Shown here one piece after another: positions 24,535 through 38,331 of a stretch of DNA of 64,000 nt. The stretch lies in the NCBI GenBank assembly GCA_964016885.1, contig OZ024744.1, positions 53,382,001 to 53,446,000 on the forward strand, read 5' to 3'. The position numbers and the translations under genes are program-made. The notes under the pieces are model-generated. The model saw only the letters and a program-made list of their open reading frames with translations, searched no databases and was not told where the DNA came from. How positions within the stretch are numbered: position 1 is the stretch's first letter; each line of letters begins with the position of its first letter. This stretch comes from Eledone cirrhosa. Lineage: Eukaryota.

Positions 24535-27500
24535 ATCCTTCCGGAGGAGGCCACAAGATGTGAGAAGGGTGGAGTAATCATCCTCCCTCTACGAGAAGTG
24601 AGGTAAGAGGTCTTTCCCATCTTTTTCCACTCCTTTTCAACATGACCTTACTCAGAATAAGCAGCATAAATGCGCGTGGCCTGGGGTCGTCATGGAAGCA
24701 GAGCCCCCTGCTCAACGACCTCAAGCACTGAACATAGATGTGGTGGCCATCAGCGAGACCAGATTCTCCGAAGCACGAGCCTTCGCACCGATCTTCGGTG
24801 GCTCTGATGTGTTCGCATCTCCCAGCCGTCCTGGATCGAGTGGAGGAGTTGCTGTGCTTTTTCGGAGAGGTTTGGATCTCGTCATACAGGCCATCTTCCT
24901 GGACCCAGAAGGTAAGTTGGTGGTGCTGGACGTGACGAGCGAAGACGGGCAAGCTTTCGGGCTAGTGGCCGTCTATGCTCCGAGAGGAGCAGGGCGGTCT
25001 GATTTCTTCCGGCGTCTGGAGACCTTTCTTGGAACGTCCCGCTCTTTAGTGTTAGTGGGCGACTGGAACGGGATCTTAGATGCACGCTGGGACTGTGTGG
25101 GATTAATGGATAGGGGAGGAGGGTGTAAAAAGCCTCGCAAACCTGCTCAGACGGTTTCAACTGTCTGAGAGGTACCGTCTGGATTTCCCGAATTTGCCAA
25201 TGTGGACATGGACAAACCGCATCGGATCATCCAGATCATATCTAGATAGGGTATTCTGCAGAGTACTGGATAAGGCTAGAATAGGTTTCCACCATTTAAT
25301 ATAGTCGACTACACGGACCACAAATTTGTGATCTGTGAGATCGACATAGACAGACTTCATAGACAAGGACCCGGCTACTGGAAGCTGAACGCGTCATTCC
25401 CGGCGCGCGAAGCCTACTGAGACCGGTTAGCGTATTAGTTAAGCGGGCGTTGACGGGAGCTGTCGTCAACAACAGGTGGTGGTTTGCCCTGAAAAGGGCA
25501 ATTAAATTAGAGTCGATTAGGTTTAGCAAAGGACTAGTGATAGAGGAAAATAGAGTAGAGGGAGAGCTAGTCAGTGCTTGCGGTGGGATTGGCACTCGAC
25601 CAATTCTTCAACGCAAAACACGAAGGCTGCGTTGTCAGAGCTAGAGCGCGTGCTCTGAAACACGAGGAGACGAAAGCCGTCCAATGTGCCCGGGTGGCAG
25701 AGGCGCGACGTGGCAACAAAGCCACAATTCGGTCTTTGTCTGACCTTAACGGGCGCGTGTTGTTCGAACTCGAGCAGATGTGTGAGGCTTTTCAGCAGCA
25801 CTTTGCTGAACCTTTCGGGAGCAGCGGCGGGCCGGGTCGAGGTATGGACTACAATACATACCTCGACGGACTGCCTCGGCTCTTGACGACCGCAGCACAG
25901 TGAAATACGGGAAGCGATGGCAAACTGCACAAGGGGTAAATCGCCAGGATTGGATGGTCTGTCCTACGAGCTTTATGCATTTATGCCAGAATGTTCGGTG
26001 ACCTCTTGACAGACCTCTACTGCAACTGGCAGCAGAACGGAAGCATTCCCAGTTTTGTGAATCAGGGATCGATGGCACTGCTGAGAAAAGACCCGAACAA
26101 AGGGTAGTATCGATAACTTCAGGCCCATAACTCTGCTAAACGCAGAGTTCAAGATTTTGGCCAAGGTGTTAGCAACGAGGTTGACGCTTGTCGTCGAGGA
26201 TCTGGTGGGAGAGGCGCAAACATACGCCATTCCGGATAGATCCATACACGACAACCTCCACCTCATGCGATACATCATAGAGAGGGTGGTTAAGGAGCCT
26301 GGCAACGGGTGGGGCCCTCATTAACTTGAATCAATCCAAAGCATTCGATAGGGTCCACCATCGGTACCTGGCGGCGGTCCTCGAGGCAACTGGTTTCGGA
26401 CCCGTTTTCAGGATTTGGATCGCTGCGATGTACAGCGACATCTGCTCGGTCGTGAGGGTGAACGGTCACCTGTCACACCCGTTCAGCTTCATGCGCTCAG
26501 TCCGCCTGGGTTGTCCCCTCTCGTCCCTCTTGTACGGATAGGGTCTCGAGCCCTTGCTGCATAAACTGGGGGCGATGAGGGGCGTCACATGCGAACTAGG
26601 ATGCGGAAAATCCAAGTCGGATTACGCCGACGACATCACCATGGTACTGTCGAACACCAGACGCGTCATGATGCTCGGCGCCGCTCTCACGTAATTTGAA
26701 GCTGTGACAGGAGCAAAGATAAACCAGAAAAAGTCGGTGGGCTTGTAGCTCGGCACCTGTAGATGCAAGTCCATGCCGTCCAACAGCGTCGTGGGGCGTT
26801 GGACGGATGGACCTGTTAAATTGCTCGGGGTCGCATCCGTCATCTGCTACTACCTCACTGTTGTCCCTTGCTCCGGCCCAACTCTCACCAAAATGGAGCG
26901 TCTCCTCTTCCGCTTTTTGTGGAAAGGACGCGCTCCCATGGTCAGATGATCCATCTGCAACACCCGTTGTGTGGAGGACTAGGCATGACATGGCTGATGA
27001 TGCGCAAACATGCGCTGAGTTTGCGACATCTCTGGTGCTTCCTCTAGTGAACACGTGGTCGCCGTTCACCAGGCACGTTTTTCCCCCAGCTCGTCTCCTT
27101 GACGGAGCTGCAGTCTTGGGTCAAGAAAAGACCGAGGGATAGCGCTTGGAAACTGGAATGTCTCCAGGTGCTCACTGCCCTCTGCCAGTTGGGCACCAGT
27201 ATCGGTGGAACATCCACCTCGGCGTTCTATAGAGATCTAGTGGGGGGAAGAGCGACGACGTTCTCGGAGAGATCCTGGGCGTCGAAGAAGATCAGCTATT
27301 TGCTCTCTTCCGGAAAACTTTCAGCCCAGGGCCTATGGATAACTTCCAGAAATCCCTGGCCTGGCGGTGCTACCGGGAGCTTTGCCGGTTCGAGATAAGC
27401 TCTACGGGCAAAGAAGTCCCGTAAGCCGAGCCTGTCCGAGATGCGCGCAGAGCGACGAAACCGTCGTGCACGCACTCGTTCAGTGCCCGAGTATTGCTGA

Positions 27501-28149
27501 CATGTGGTGTTATGTCGAACAGTTGCTGTCGCGTGTAGGACAGATCCTGTTATCGACTAAGTCCATTGTGCAGATGGTCTCGCCGCCTTCCTTCGAGGAG
27601 GAAGGGCAGGCGGTTTTCATCTGGCTGGTGGCCATGGCGAAAGAGATTGTGTGGTGGACAATGTTGATAGGGTTAAAGACAGACACATTCCTCTTCGGCG
27701 AATCCCTAATTAACTTTTTCAAGTTTCACTTGAAGAAGAAATTCAGGGTGGAGAGGCAAGTGCTGCCTTCTAGCAAGTTTGTTGAATGGTGGGTGAATGT
27801 ATCGAAAATGGTCCGAGTGAACGGGACCGCTCTGAATATACGCTTGTAGTTTGAGGAATGGGGAAAAATTGAAAGAGGGCGCTTGCCCTGGTGGTCAGGG
27901 TGGCCGTGTTCTTGTGTGTGGTTTTCGCCACGAGTAACCCTCGGAGGTGTCCCCCCCTATTGGGGAATCTTTCATTGTTTTAATTTTCATTTTTATTGTT
28001 TATATATATATATATGATTCTATGTTTTGTTTTTTTTTCATTTCTTATATAAATAATAAAAATCTTTACACGCACTAAACCCACATCGTACATTCCTGTG
28101 CCGTGTGTAATGTTTTTCTTCATGTCTGCCCTTGTGGCCAATAAAGAAA
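24533..28149 (+). mobile_element. Tx1-like copy C3: end of ORF1, whole decayed ORF2 and 3' UTR
   Basis: ORF2 ATG at 24642 (MTLLRISSINARGL), ISETR, VYAP, GDWNGILD, RT motifs, CCHC; (ATT)n on both sides. Confidence 0.93.
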
Positions 28150-28383
28150 TTATTATTATTATTATTATTATTGGGTCTGAACGGACGTCTTTTTGCTCGC
28201 TCTCCTAAGTTTATTTATTTACCTGTCAAAAGTTACTTATTTAATTTTTTGTTGTTGTGTAAGGCATACAAGCCCCTGGACTTTTCCCTGTGAAGGGAAA
28301 GGAGTAATATTTGGGCCTCTTGGCCCAAATATTTGAACTCTTTTACATTTAAAAAAGCATTATCGAAAAAAACACAAAAATAC

Positions 28384-30363
28384 ATGGCTGAGCCACGCCC
28401 TCCAGCGATATGTCTGCTGTCGTGCGACAACGACGTAAAAGTCGAGAGGAAGGTTACGGAGAAATTAAGAGAAATTGATACAACAAACACCACCACAAGC
28501 AACGTGAACAAAGACACCAATGACAACAACACTGAGAACTCTAATTTTGAAAAAAATGACAGTAACAGCGACAACGAAAATACAGATAACAGAAAAAAAT
28601 GACAACAAATGTAACAACAATATCAACACCACTAACATGAAAACAAATAGCGACAACACCAACAGCAATAATACCAACTGCTCCGAGAACAACGGCGGCA
28701 CAAAAGAGAACAATGATAACAGCGACATTGATAACAACAACAACAACAACACCCCCAACGACAACAAGAAAAACACTTTCGCTGTGGCAGCAGCAAAAAA
28801 GAGGCCATGCTTCAACATGGACCTCTCAAACAAAGATGAAAAGTTGGCCCAGGCATGGAAGCTCATCAAGCAAGAGCAAACCTGGGCCAACTTAACTGTC
28901 CCGGTAGAAGCTATTGAGGCAGTGGAGCGCAGAACGGTGCATTATAGATGCATCTCAGCAGAAACCAAAAGGGCAGCTTTAATCCCACAAGCAGATGTCG
29001 AAGTCGCGATGAGGTGCATCAGAGAAGACACCGAATACATAGAGAGGGGCAGATAGTACGGCAGCATTTCGGTGCTGTTCAAGTCAGAAGCCCTCGCTAT
29101 GAAACACGCTATGACTCCTTGCAAAACTAGCAAAGTCATAATGTACCCCTCCCACATGGGAAAAAGAACGGCCCGTCTCCGCATTTCCAGAATCCCACCA
29201 GGACTTGACATGTGGTGGCTTCTGGGATGTGTGATTGTGGATACCGTCCCGATAGAAGTCACCAGAACGGCCAGAGAGGACTGGTCCGGGGTTGACCTGG
29301 AGATCCTTCTCCAGATCAGGCCCGAGAGTGTGAAGACAATCCCGGACCACATCCGCCTTCAGAATTGGACGTCATTCATATTATGACCGAAGGGGAAGGG
29401 CCGCATTGTTTTGTTTGTGGGGAAAAAACCCATTTGCGAGCTTTCTGCCCTCAACTGCTGAAAGATGCAAGGGGTCGAAAGGCTGCACTGCTTCTGACGC
29501 CGGGGCGAGGACCACAACCAACACCAGCACCGGAAAAACCAACACCAACAACACCAATAGAAAGACCACCATCAACATTGACCACTCAGGAGGGAAACGA
29601 GGAAAACTGTCAAATTCCCCCCCCCCCCCCCCCCCCAAATACACACACCAATAAAACCATAAACACACACACAGACACACTTACTTACAGACACAGACCC
29701 CTCATCTACCAGTAGTGAAGATGAGGGAAAACCAAAATCCCCCAAAATACAAAAAAGGAAACACAAAAAGAAAAAAAAACTCAACAAAGCGCAAAATCAC
29801 CCACAATGAAAAACGCAGACACCACCCACGCAAAAATCTCTCCAATAACACCTACATCAACACCCCCATCACCATCACAAGAATCCCCCAAACTCAAACA
29901 ACCTAGACAGACGCAAGAACAAATATACACACAAACATCTGAAACCACAGACACCGCACTCACAACAAACACAGATACAACCGAAACAACACCATCAAAA
30001 CCATCACCACCACAGCCACGCAAACAAATAAAATCAAACCAACAAAACATACAAAACTTCGTGCTCGTCAGGAGGGTCAACAAGGACCTGATGGCCCTCG
30101 TAGCACAAAGTGAAAATATACAAAAAGAGGAGGAAATTGTTTAATCGAGCACATTTCGCGTGCCGGAAGATTTGGTTCTGGTGCGAATGTCGCTCGATTT
30201 ATACAAAGAAATACGAGACAGCTTTCCTCGGGACGTGGGAACCCCGAACGTAAAACCCACTTCAAGAATGTTTAAAGGGGTTCCCAAAAGAAACCCCACC
30301 AACTATGGTCGAACGACAAGAGCCCGGAAGGTAAGTAAACCTTTCCTCTCTTTCTCTTTTTAA
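28384..30363 (+). pseudogene. ORF1 of copy E (Asn-rich N-terminus, RRM-like core, CCHC knuckle)
   Basis: YIERGR*YGSISVLFKSEALA, MYPSHMGKRT, CFVCGEKTHLRAFC, C-terminal FPRDVGTP; stops and frameshifts present. Confidence 0.82.
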
Positions 30364-30372
30364 CATGCCAAC

Positions 30373-33300
30373 ATGGCAATATTAAGAGTAGGAATTTTAA
30401 ATGTTCGAGGCCTGGGATCGTCCTGGAAGCAGGGTCACCTGCTCAACGACCTCAGGTCTCTAGAAATTGATGTAATTGCCGTGAGCGAGACCAGGGTTTC
30501 CGACACACGCGCCTAGCCCCCGTTTTCGACGACTATCCGATCTTTGCATCTGTTAGCCGGCCGGGAATGGGAGGCGGGGTGGCAGTGGTGTTTAGGAAAG
30601 GCCTGGATCTCAAGGTAAGGTCGATCTTCCAGGACCCGGACGGGAAGTTGATGGTCCTGGACGTCAACAATAACGAAGGTGGTCTTTAGACTTGTGGCCA
30701 CCGTCTATGCTCCTGCTGGGGCAGGACGGCCGGACTTCTTTAGACGCCTGGAAGCCTTTCTGGGTACGTCTCACCCTTTACTCTTACAGGGGACTGGAAC
30801 GGTATCTTAGACGCACGCTGGGACTGTGTGGGAGTATCCGATAGGAGCGGAGGGGGGCAAAAGCCTCAAGAACCTGATCAGCCAGTTCCAACTGTCTCAC
30901 AGGTACCGATTAGATTTCCCTAATGCGCCAGTGTGGACCTGGACTAACCGCATAGGGTCATCTAGATCGTATATAGACAGGATATTCATTAGGAAAATAG
31001 ACAGAAATAGTATAAGCTGTCCACGTTTTGAAACGGTCGCCTATTCAGATCACAAGTTTGTGATCTGTATGGTCGACCTAGATAAGACGCGCGGGTTAGG
31101 ACCTGGTTACTGGAAGATAAACATGTCATTTCCGGTACGTAATGCTTACAGGGACCAGGTCAACAATTTAGTTACGAAAAGGTTGACATGGGGAGTCGTC
31201 AACAATAGATGGTGGGGGGCTCTCAAAAGAGAGATTAGAGTAATGTCGATAGAGTTTAGCAAAGAAGTAGCGTTAGAGAAAAATAGAAAGGAGGGGGAGT
31301 TGGTAGATAAGTTAGACGAGACTATTGGTAGTGGCATTGCAACTGACATGCTAGCGGCGAGAATGGCATTAGACCATTTCTTTAATGCGAAACACAAAGG
31401 TTGCATTGTCACAGCTACGGCGCGTGCTCTGAGAAACGAGAGAACCAAAGCTGTTCGATGGGCCCGCGTGGCAGAGGCGGAGCGTGGTAATAAAACCACG
31501 ATTCGGTCTTTGACGGATCGAGACGGACACGAGCTGAGCGATTCTAAGCGTATGTGTGTGGCATTTCGCCAACAATTTGTTCGGTTGTTCGGGGGAAGTG
31601 GCGGGTCAGAGATGATGGCGGACTTCAGTCCCTACCTCGATGGCTTGCCGCAACTCGCGACGGCTGACGCTGGGCGCTGCCAAAGGCCAATTACTTCAGT
31701 CGAGATTCAGGATGCCCTTGTGGGCTGCATGAGGCGCAAGTCACCCGGTTTGAATGGTCTGCCCTACGAGCTTTACGAAAATATGCCAGACTTGTTCTCC
31801 AATCTCCTCGAAGCCCTCTATACAACTGGCAGCAAAACGGGAGTATTCCCAGTTCTGTGAGCCGGGGCGTAGTGACGCTGATAAGGAAAGACGAGAACAA
31901 GAGGGACACATTATACAATTTCAGGCCCATAACTCTGCTCAGCACAAAGTTTAAGATTTTGGCCAGGGTGTTAGAGAAGAGGTTGGCGCTTGTCGACGGG
32001 GATTTGGTTGGGGAGACGCAAACTTGCGTATTCCCAACCAGGTCCATACACGAGAACCTCCACATAATGCGATACATCATAGAGAGGGTAGGGTATAAAC
32101 CTGGCTTCGGTGGGGCTCTGATCAATTTACATCAATCGAAAGCATTCGATAGGGTCGACCATCGGTACCTGGAGGCTGTCCTCAAGGCGGCTGGCTTCGG
32201 CCCCGTCTTCAGAAGCTGGATCGCTGCAATGCACAGCGGAACCTGCTCGGTGGTCAAAATTAATGGCCACCTCTCGGAACCGTTTCAGGTCTCCCGATCG
32301 GTCCATCAAGGGTGCCCTCTCTCCTCCCTTCTGTACGTATTGACTCTCGAGCCTTTACTGCGGAAGCTGGAGCTGTTGCAGGGCATATCGCTCGAACCGG
32401 GACGCGGAAAGGCTATGTCAGCTTATGCGGACGACATCACCGTGATGGTGACGGTCACCTCAGAAATCGAGGTGGTCGGCAACTTATTGGAGGAATATGA
32501 AAAGTTGACGGGAGCAAAACTTAACCCGGAAAAGTCAGTGGGCTTGCAACTCGGCACCTGGAGAGGTAAGTCCATGCCGTCCAACAGCGTCGGTAGGCGC
32601 TGGACGGACGGACCGGTAAAGTTTCTCGGAGTTTGGTTCGGGCCAGACATCCAGGTGGATAAGAATTGGGACGAGGTGATGGGCAGGTTAGCCAGTCTCA
32701 CCCAAAATTGGCCTTGGATAAAGCTATCACTGAAAGGTCGGGTGGATGTGGCGAACGCTTACATCAGACCGTCATCTACTACCGACCGACCGTCGTCCCT
32801 TTCCCCCGTTCGCCACTCGCCATCTTGGAGCGGCTCCTCTTCAAATTCTTGTGGAGGGGTCAGGTTCCGCTGGTGAGGCGGTCCATCTGCTGCCAGCACC
32901 CTCTACGTGGAGGGCTGGGCATGCCGTGGCTAATAATGCGCAGACACGCGCTGAGGCTGCGGCATCTCTAGATATTCTGCCTAAACGGTGAACAGGTGTG
33001 GTCGCCGTTTGTCAGACGGGCCTTTCCGCAGCTCGTTTCTTTGACTGAGCTGCAGTCATTGGTCAAGAAGAGACCGAGACTGGGTGACTGGCATCTGGAA
33101 TGTTGCCAGGCACTCACTTCCTTCTACCAGACGGGCAATGCGGTCAGTTGAACTTCCACTCTCGAGTTTTATAGTGGATTAGTGGCGAACAAGTGCGACG
33201 ATGCACTCGGAGAGGCTCTGGGAGTCGACGAAGTCGAACTAACCAGTCTGTACCGGAGGAGTTTCGAGCCGGGGACGATGGATAATTTCCACAAATCGCT

Positions 33301-33795
33301 CGCTTGGCAGTGCTATCGGGGGAGACTGTCGGTTCGAGATAAACTCTACAGGCACGGAAGTGCTGTCAGACGGACCTGCCCGAGATGCGCGCAGAGCGAC
33401 GAAACCGTTCTGCACGCACTCGTCCATTGTCCGTGCATTACTGACTTGTGGAGTTATGTTGAACAGCTGTTGTCGCGTGCGTAGAACGGATCCGGCTATC
33501 GGCCGAGTCCATAGTGAAGATCGACCCGCCGCCTTCTTTTGGCCAGGAAGGGCAGGCAATTTTCCTCTGTCTGGTGGCAGTAGCGAAAGAGGTTGTATGG
33601 TGGACGAGGTTGAAAGGACTGAAGACAGACACTTTTCTCTTCGGCCAATCCCTCATCAACTTTTTCAAGTTTCACTTGGAAAGGAAGGTGGGGGTAGAGA
33701 GAGAAGTGCTGCCCCCCAGTACATTTACTGAAAGGTGCGTGAATGTGGCGAGAATGGCCCGTGTGAGTGGGCCTACTCTGGTCATGCGGCTGTAG
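30373..33795 (+). pseudogene. ORF2 of copy E (APE-RT-CCHC)
   Basis: [73 protein letters not shown]; several frameshifts. Confidence 0.93.
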
Positions 33796-34068
33796 GTAGG
33801 TAAATTTGAAGAGGAGAGGGGTGCCCTTCTAGGGGGCTCTCGAAGCGTCGGGTCGTTCAGGACTGGTGGGGTACCTGAGCGAACCCTAAGTGGTCATCCC
33901 CCTATTGGGGAATTTTTTCTTGTTGTAATTTACTTGTTACTTTATTGTTACTTTGTTATTGTTACTTTGTTTATTCATATTGTTTACTCGTTTTTTCTGT
34001 AAAACCCCACTGTCCCAGTCTTTTGTATTGTCCCCTATATGTCGGCCCTTGTGGCTAATAAATGAAAT

Positions 34069-34080
34069 CATTATTATTAT

Positions 34081-34122
<42 letters not shown>

Positions 34123-34125
34123 CTG
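34069..34125. repeat. (ATT)n tail grading into (AGT)n
   Basis: Directly visible. Confidence 0.95.
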
Positions 34126-34270
34126 TTGTTATAGTTGTTGTAGTAATACCAGCAATATTTATTGTATCTAAAGTGTTTGAAAGGAGCAGCTAGAGATACA
34201 AATGGACAATGAAAGTTCAAATTTGATTTTCAGTCAGAAAGCAAATATATGTATAATTGAATAAATACAG

Positions 34271-34380
<110 letters not shown>

Positions 34381-34852
34381 CCATTCAATGGCTATCATCG
34401 AAATATATATAGCAGTAAATAAAGGATTATGAGTTCATGCAATTGAATTGTTTCGTCACTATACATACATACATGGTGGCTGCCAACTCGTTTTCGAGTA
34501 CGGCCACTACTTTATATCCATGTAGGAGAACCCCTACCGATGCGCTGAATGACTTTTTAGTCCAGCCAGCGACTTGAAAACTCTCGTACAAACACTACAC
34601 AATTATTGACACATAGTGCTGGGCCCATGGTACCATGTGACGACAGGTGCAGAGAGATCTCCAGATATAAAGCAATGCCTGAGCCATGAAGCTTTTATAG
34701 TGAGCAAAGGCACTGCACAAAGCCAGTCCCACTCTCTTAACCAAGATAATATTTACCAAAACGAAGAACATGTCAACATCATTGGATACCATCAGGGTTG
34801 CATATATAAACATACAAATATATGTATCTGTGTGTATATATGTGTGTGTATG

Positions 34853-34912
<60 letters not shown>

Positions 34913-35242
34913 TATACATATATATACATACATACGTATATATATATAATATATATAATATAAACAGGCAATCACACACATGCACAAACACACTTACACA
35001 GTCACGTTCCCACAACACACACAGTCACACTCACATACATGTTAACGTTTATATCTGTGAAGAACGTGTGTATATATGTATGTATGCATGTGTGTGTGTC
35101 TGTTTGAATGCATGTATGCATACATGTTTATGTGTGTGGATGTGTGCTAGTGTGTGTATGTGTAAATATATATATATATATATATATATATTCATGTTTC
35201 TTTCGGTGTATGTATAACGAGCGATTTAAACATTTACATTAC

Positions 35243-35258
35243 AGTAGTAGTAGTAGTG

Positions 35259-35338
<80 letters not shown>

Positions 35339-35382
35339 TGGTGTTGTTGTAGTAGTAGCAGCAGCAGCAGCAGCAGCAGTAT

Positions 35383-35432
<50 letters not shown>
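35243..35432. repeat. (AGT)n/(AGC)n microsatellite
   Basis: Directly visible; source of the poly-S/poly-V ORFs. Confidence 0.97.
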
Positions 35433-36024
35433 CATGCGATATTGTATCATTTTTAATTAATTAATTAATCGATGTATTTGTTCGATTATTTCTATGTTTA
35501 TATATACATTCATGTAATCCGCCATTTAACTCATTCTTTGATTCTTCTATTATTTTGTTCTCTTGTTCTTTCATTCTTTATTTTTTATTACTTATATCAT
35601 TCGTTACGGCAGGCGGTCGTTCAAGTAGTGGTTAGTCAAATAAGGCGGTATTTGCAAATTAAACATTAACTTGTATTTCATTTGCTGTAGAAGCCATTTT
35701 GAAATTCCATAACATATTTACACCCGAATAATATCACTGTTAAATCATTTAATTTGATTCTGTTTCTCTAAAAGGCAGGAATTAACCGTTTTTTCCTTTT
35801 TTTGTGTGTAATAAAATAATGTATCCTAATGAATTTCTAGTTTATCCAACAAATGAAAAGTATGTATACCTATATACAGTAAATAATAAACAGAAACACA
35901 CACACACACACACATACACACATAAACAAACACACATGCACACGCAAATAAAAAAATATTTCACCATATTTTCTTTAATCAATAGGAAATTACGGTGACA
36001 TATCTATCTATTTATCTATTAATC

Positions 36025-36932
36025 TTTCAGGCCCATAACTCTGCTTAACATAGAGTTGAAGATTTTGGCTAACGTGTTAGCAACAAGGTTAGCGCTAGTC
36101 GTCAAAAACTTAATGGAGAAATGCAAACGTGTGCAATCCTGACCAAGTCCATATACAACAACCTCCACTTCATGCGATACAGGGTAGGGTGCAAACCTGG
36201 CTTTGGTGGGGCTCTGATCAATTTAGATTAATCTAAGGCATTTGATAGGGTCGACCATCAATACTTGGAAGCGGTTCTCAAAGCGGCCGGCTTTAGAGGC
36301 TGGATCACTGCCATGCACAGCAACATCTGCTCGGCAGTCAAGGTGAATGGCTACCCATCGGAGCCATTCCAAATCATGCATTCCATCCGTCACATGGATG
36401 GAACTCGGCACTTGGAGAGGCAACCAGGTGAACAAAACTGGAACAAGGTCACGGCGAAAATATTTGCAGTCACTCAGAAGTGGGCAGAGTGCAAACTCTC
36501 CTTGAAATGTTGAGCGGAGGTGGCGAACACTTACATAGCGACCGTCATATACTGCCGATTGACAGTCGTGCCTTGTCCCCGCGAACACCTCACCAAAATG
36601 GAAGGCCTACTCTTCAAGTTCCTCTGGAAGAAACAGGCTCCATTGGTGAGGAGATCCATCTGCTGCCAAACCCTTTTAAAGGAGGGCTGGGCATGTCTTG
36701 AATGATGATGCGCAAACACGTGCTGAGGCTACGCTATTCAGGTATTCCTGACCGGCGAACCGGTGTGGAGACGAGCTTTTCCACAGCACATCTCACTAAC
36801 AGAGCTGCAGTCCTGGTTCAACCGAAGACCGAAAATTGGCGCCTGGCACCTCGAGTGCCTTCAGGCAATCACAGTGGAAACGACAATCAGCGGTGACTCC
36901 ACTTCAACATTCTATAGAGGATTAGTGGACGA
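36025..36932 (+). mobile_element. Tx1-like copy F (A/B lineage), truncated and internally deleted RT fragment
   Basis: FRPITLLN, SKAFDRVDH, KKQAPLVRRSICCQ, SGDSTSTFYRGLV; begins directly after tatctatctatttatctattaatc. Confidence 0.88.
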
Positions 36933-37487
36933 TATGTTTTGTGAAGGTACGTATACTTTCTCGTACGTATATTGGCTTGTATTTGTTATAGGTGTATATA
37001 TTTTATTATATATACTGGTACATGTATATATGGTTATGTGTATATGTGTATTTTGTGTTTGTGTGTGTATGCGGGTTTGCACGTATGTAAGGTGTGTATA
37101 TGTGTACTTTTTGTTTTGGTTGACGTAAGTTTAGTGAACATATGTGTACTTACCTGTAGGTATGTGTGTGCGTGCGTTATATACGTGTTTATGTGTGTAT
37201 ATTTATATACGTTTATATAAACTATATGTATACACGCACACACACATATATATATTTTTTTATGTGTATTTGGTGTTTACGTTAGTATGTGTGCGGGTAC
37301 AGGAGTAGCGGACTCTGTGTATGTGTGCGCGTGTTTATGTGTACGTGCTTGTATATGCATACCATGGCGGGTGTTTTCGCGTATGCATGTGCGTATGTAT
37401 GTACGTATATTGATGCGTGTATGTATATATTTAATTATTGATTTCAATAACCTCTGTAATTTTCGTTCTACTAATTTATTTACATTA

Positions 37488-37606
37488 TTCTTGAGTTCAA
37501 ATCCTCCTGAGGTTAACTTTGCCTTTCATCCTTACGGGGTTGATAAAATATAGTACCAGTAATACACTAGGTAATTGCTGGCCTTGTGCCAAAAGTAGAA
37601 ACAATT
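37488..37606 (+). mobile_element. tRNA-type SINE fragment with B box
   Basis: GAGTTCAAATCC (pol III B box-like) followed by the same body as 19265-19352. Confidence 0.75.
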
Positions 37607-37639
37607 ATTCTTAACCCTGAAACCGAGAATCATTCGGTT

Positions 37640-37860
37640 TCCTAAATAGAACATTAGTCTACGTCCTCATTTATACCATAAACGTGGTTTTGTATTTTAG
37701 TGTATTTGTTCTCACCGTTCCACATAATGACGTATTATCTTCGTTTTTTTTCGTTCTGTTTGCCAGGAAACGTCTCCACGAACCAAAGTACCGTCTTCCT
37801 GTTTTCCTTCGGTTGTTACGTTTTTCGAAATATTTACTTCTGCGTTCACAGATTGATTTT
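37640..37860 (-). repeat. Inverted copy of the dispersed repeat at 14730-14945
   Basis: Visible nucleotide homology; ORF-track peptides 14609-14899(-) and 37684-37918(+) share HNDVLSS and LFSFGC...NIYFCVHRL. Confidence 0.8.
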
Positions 37861-37925
37861 TTTAGTTTCAGAAGATCCCGTTAAGGGTGAAAGCAGCTAT
37901 TTTTTGCTTAAACTTTAATCTGTTA

Positions 37926-37971
<46 letters not shown>

Positions 37972-38031
37972 GATATATATATATATAGAATAGAAAACGA
38001 AAAATCAGTGATGCATCTGAACTCAATTTAT

Positions 38032-38331
38032 TGTGTGTAACAATTGTTTCGCCGGCGGCCAACTCATAATGTGGATCTGTCTGATTCTGGACCAGCATGT
38101 TCGACAGGTACGTCTAATGATTTCGGAGCATATTCTCTCACTGGGGTATCTGACCCTCTGGGCCAGTACCGTCAAAAACTTCATCCCCTTCGCGCGTCCT
38201 GTGATTGGCCGCTGGTTGTCGACGTCATCATAATTCTGACCACAGGTACCAGTCCGTTGACCATCAGGGCGTTAGCTGTCCCGTGTCTGCTACGCTTCAA
38301 TAAATTACTGCTGTGTTTGGTTGTTCACACA
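38032..38331 (+). mobile_element. Possible solo LTR
   Basis: GC-richer 300-bp island with TG...CA ends, short inverted termini (tgtgtgtaacaa/ttgttcacaca) and AATAAA ~30 bp from the end. No target-site duplication seen. Confidence 0.3.

Larger units (their letters stand above)
28173..34068 (+). mobile_element. Tx1-like copy E, full-length (~5.9 kb), decayed
   Basis: 5' UTR directly after (ATT)n, then ORF1, ORF2 and a 3' UTR ending CCCTTGTGGCTAATAAATGAAATC followed by (ATT)n. Confidence 0.93.

Noticed and set aside
34440-34490. Minus-strand stem followed by GAAAC (possible hammerhead half)
   Set aside because: No CUGANGA upstream, and the stem is imperfect.
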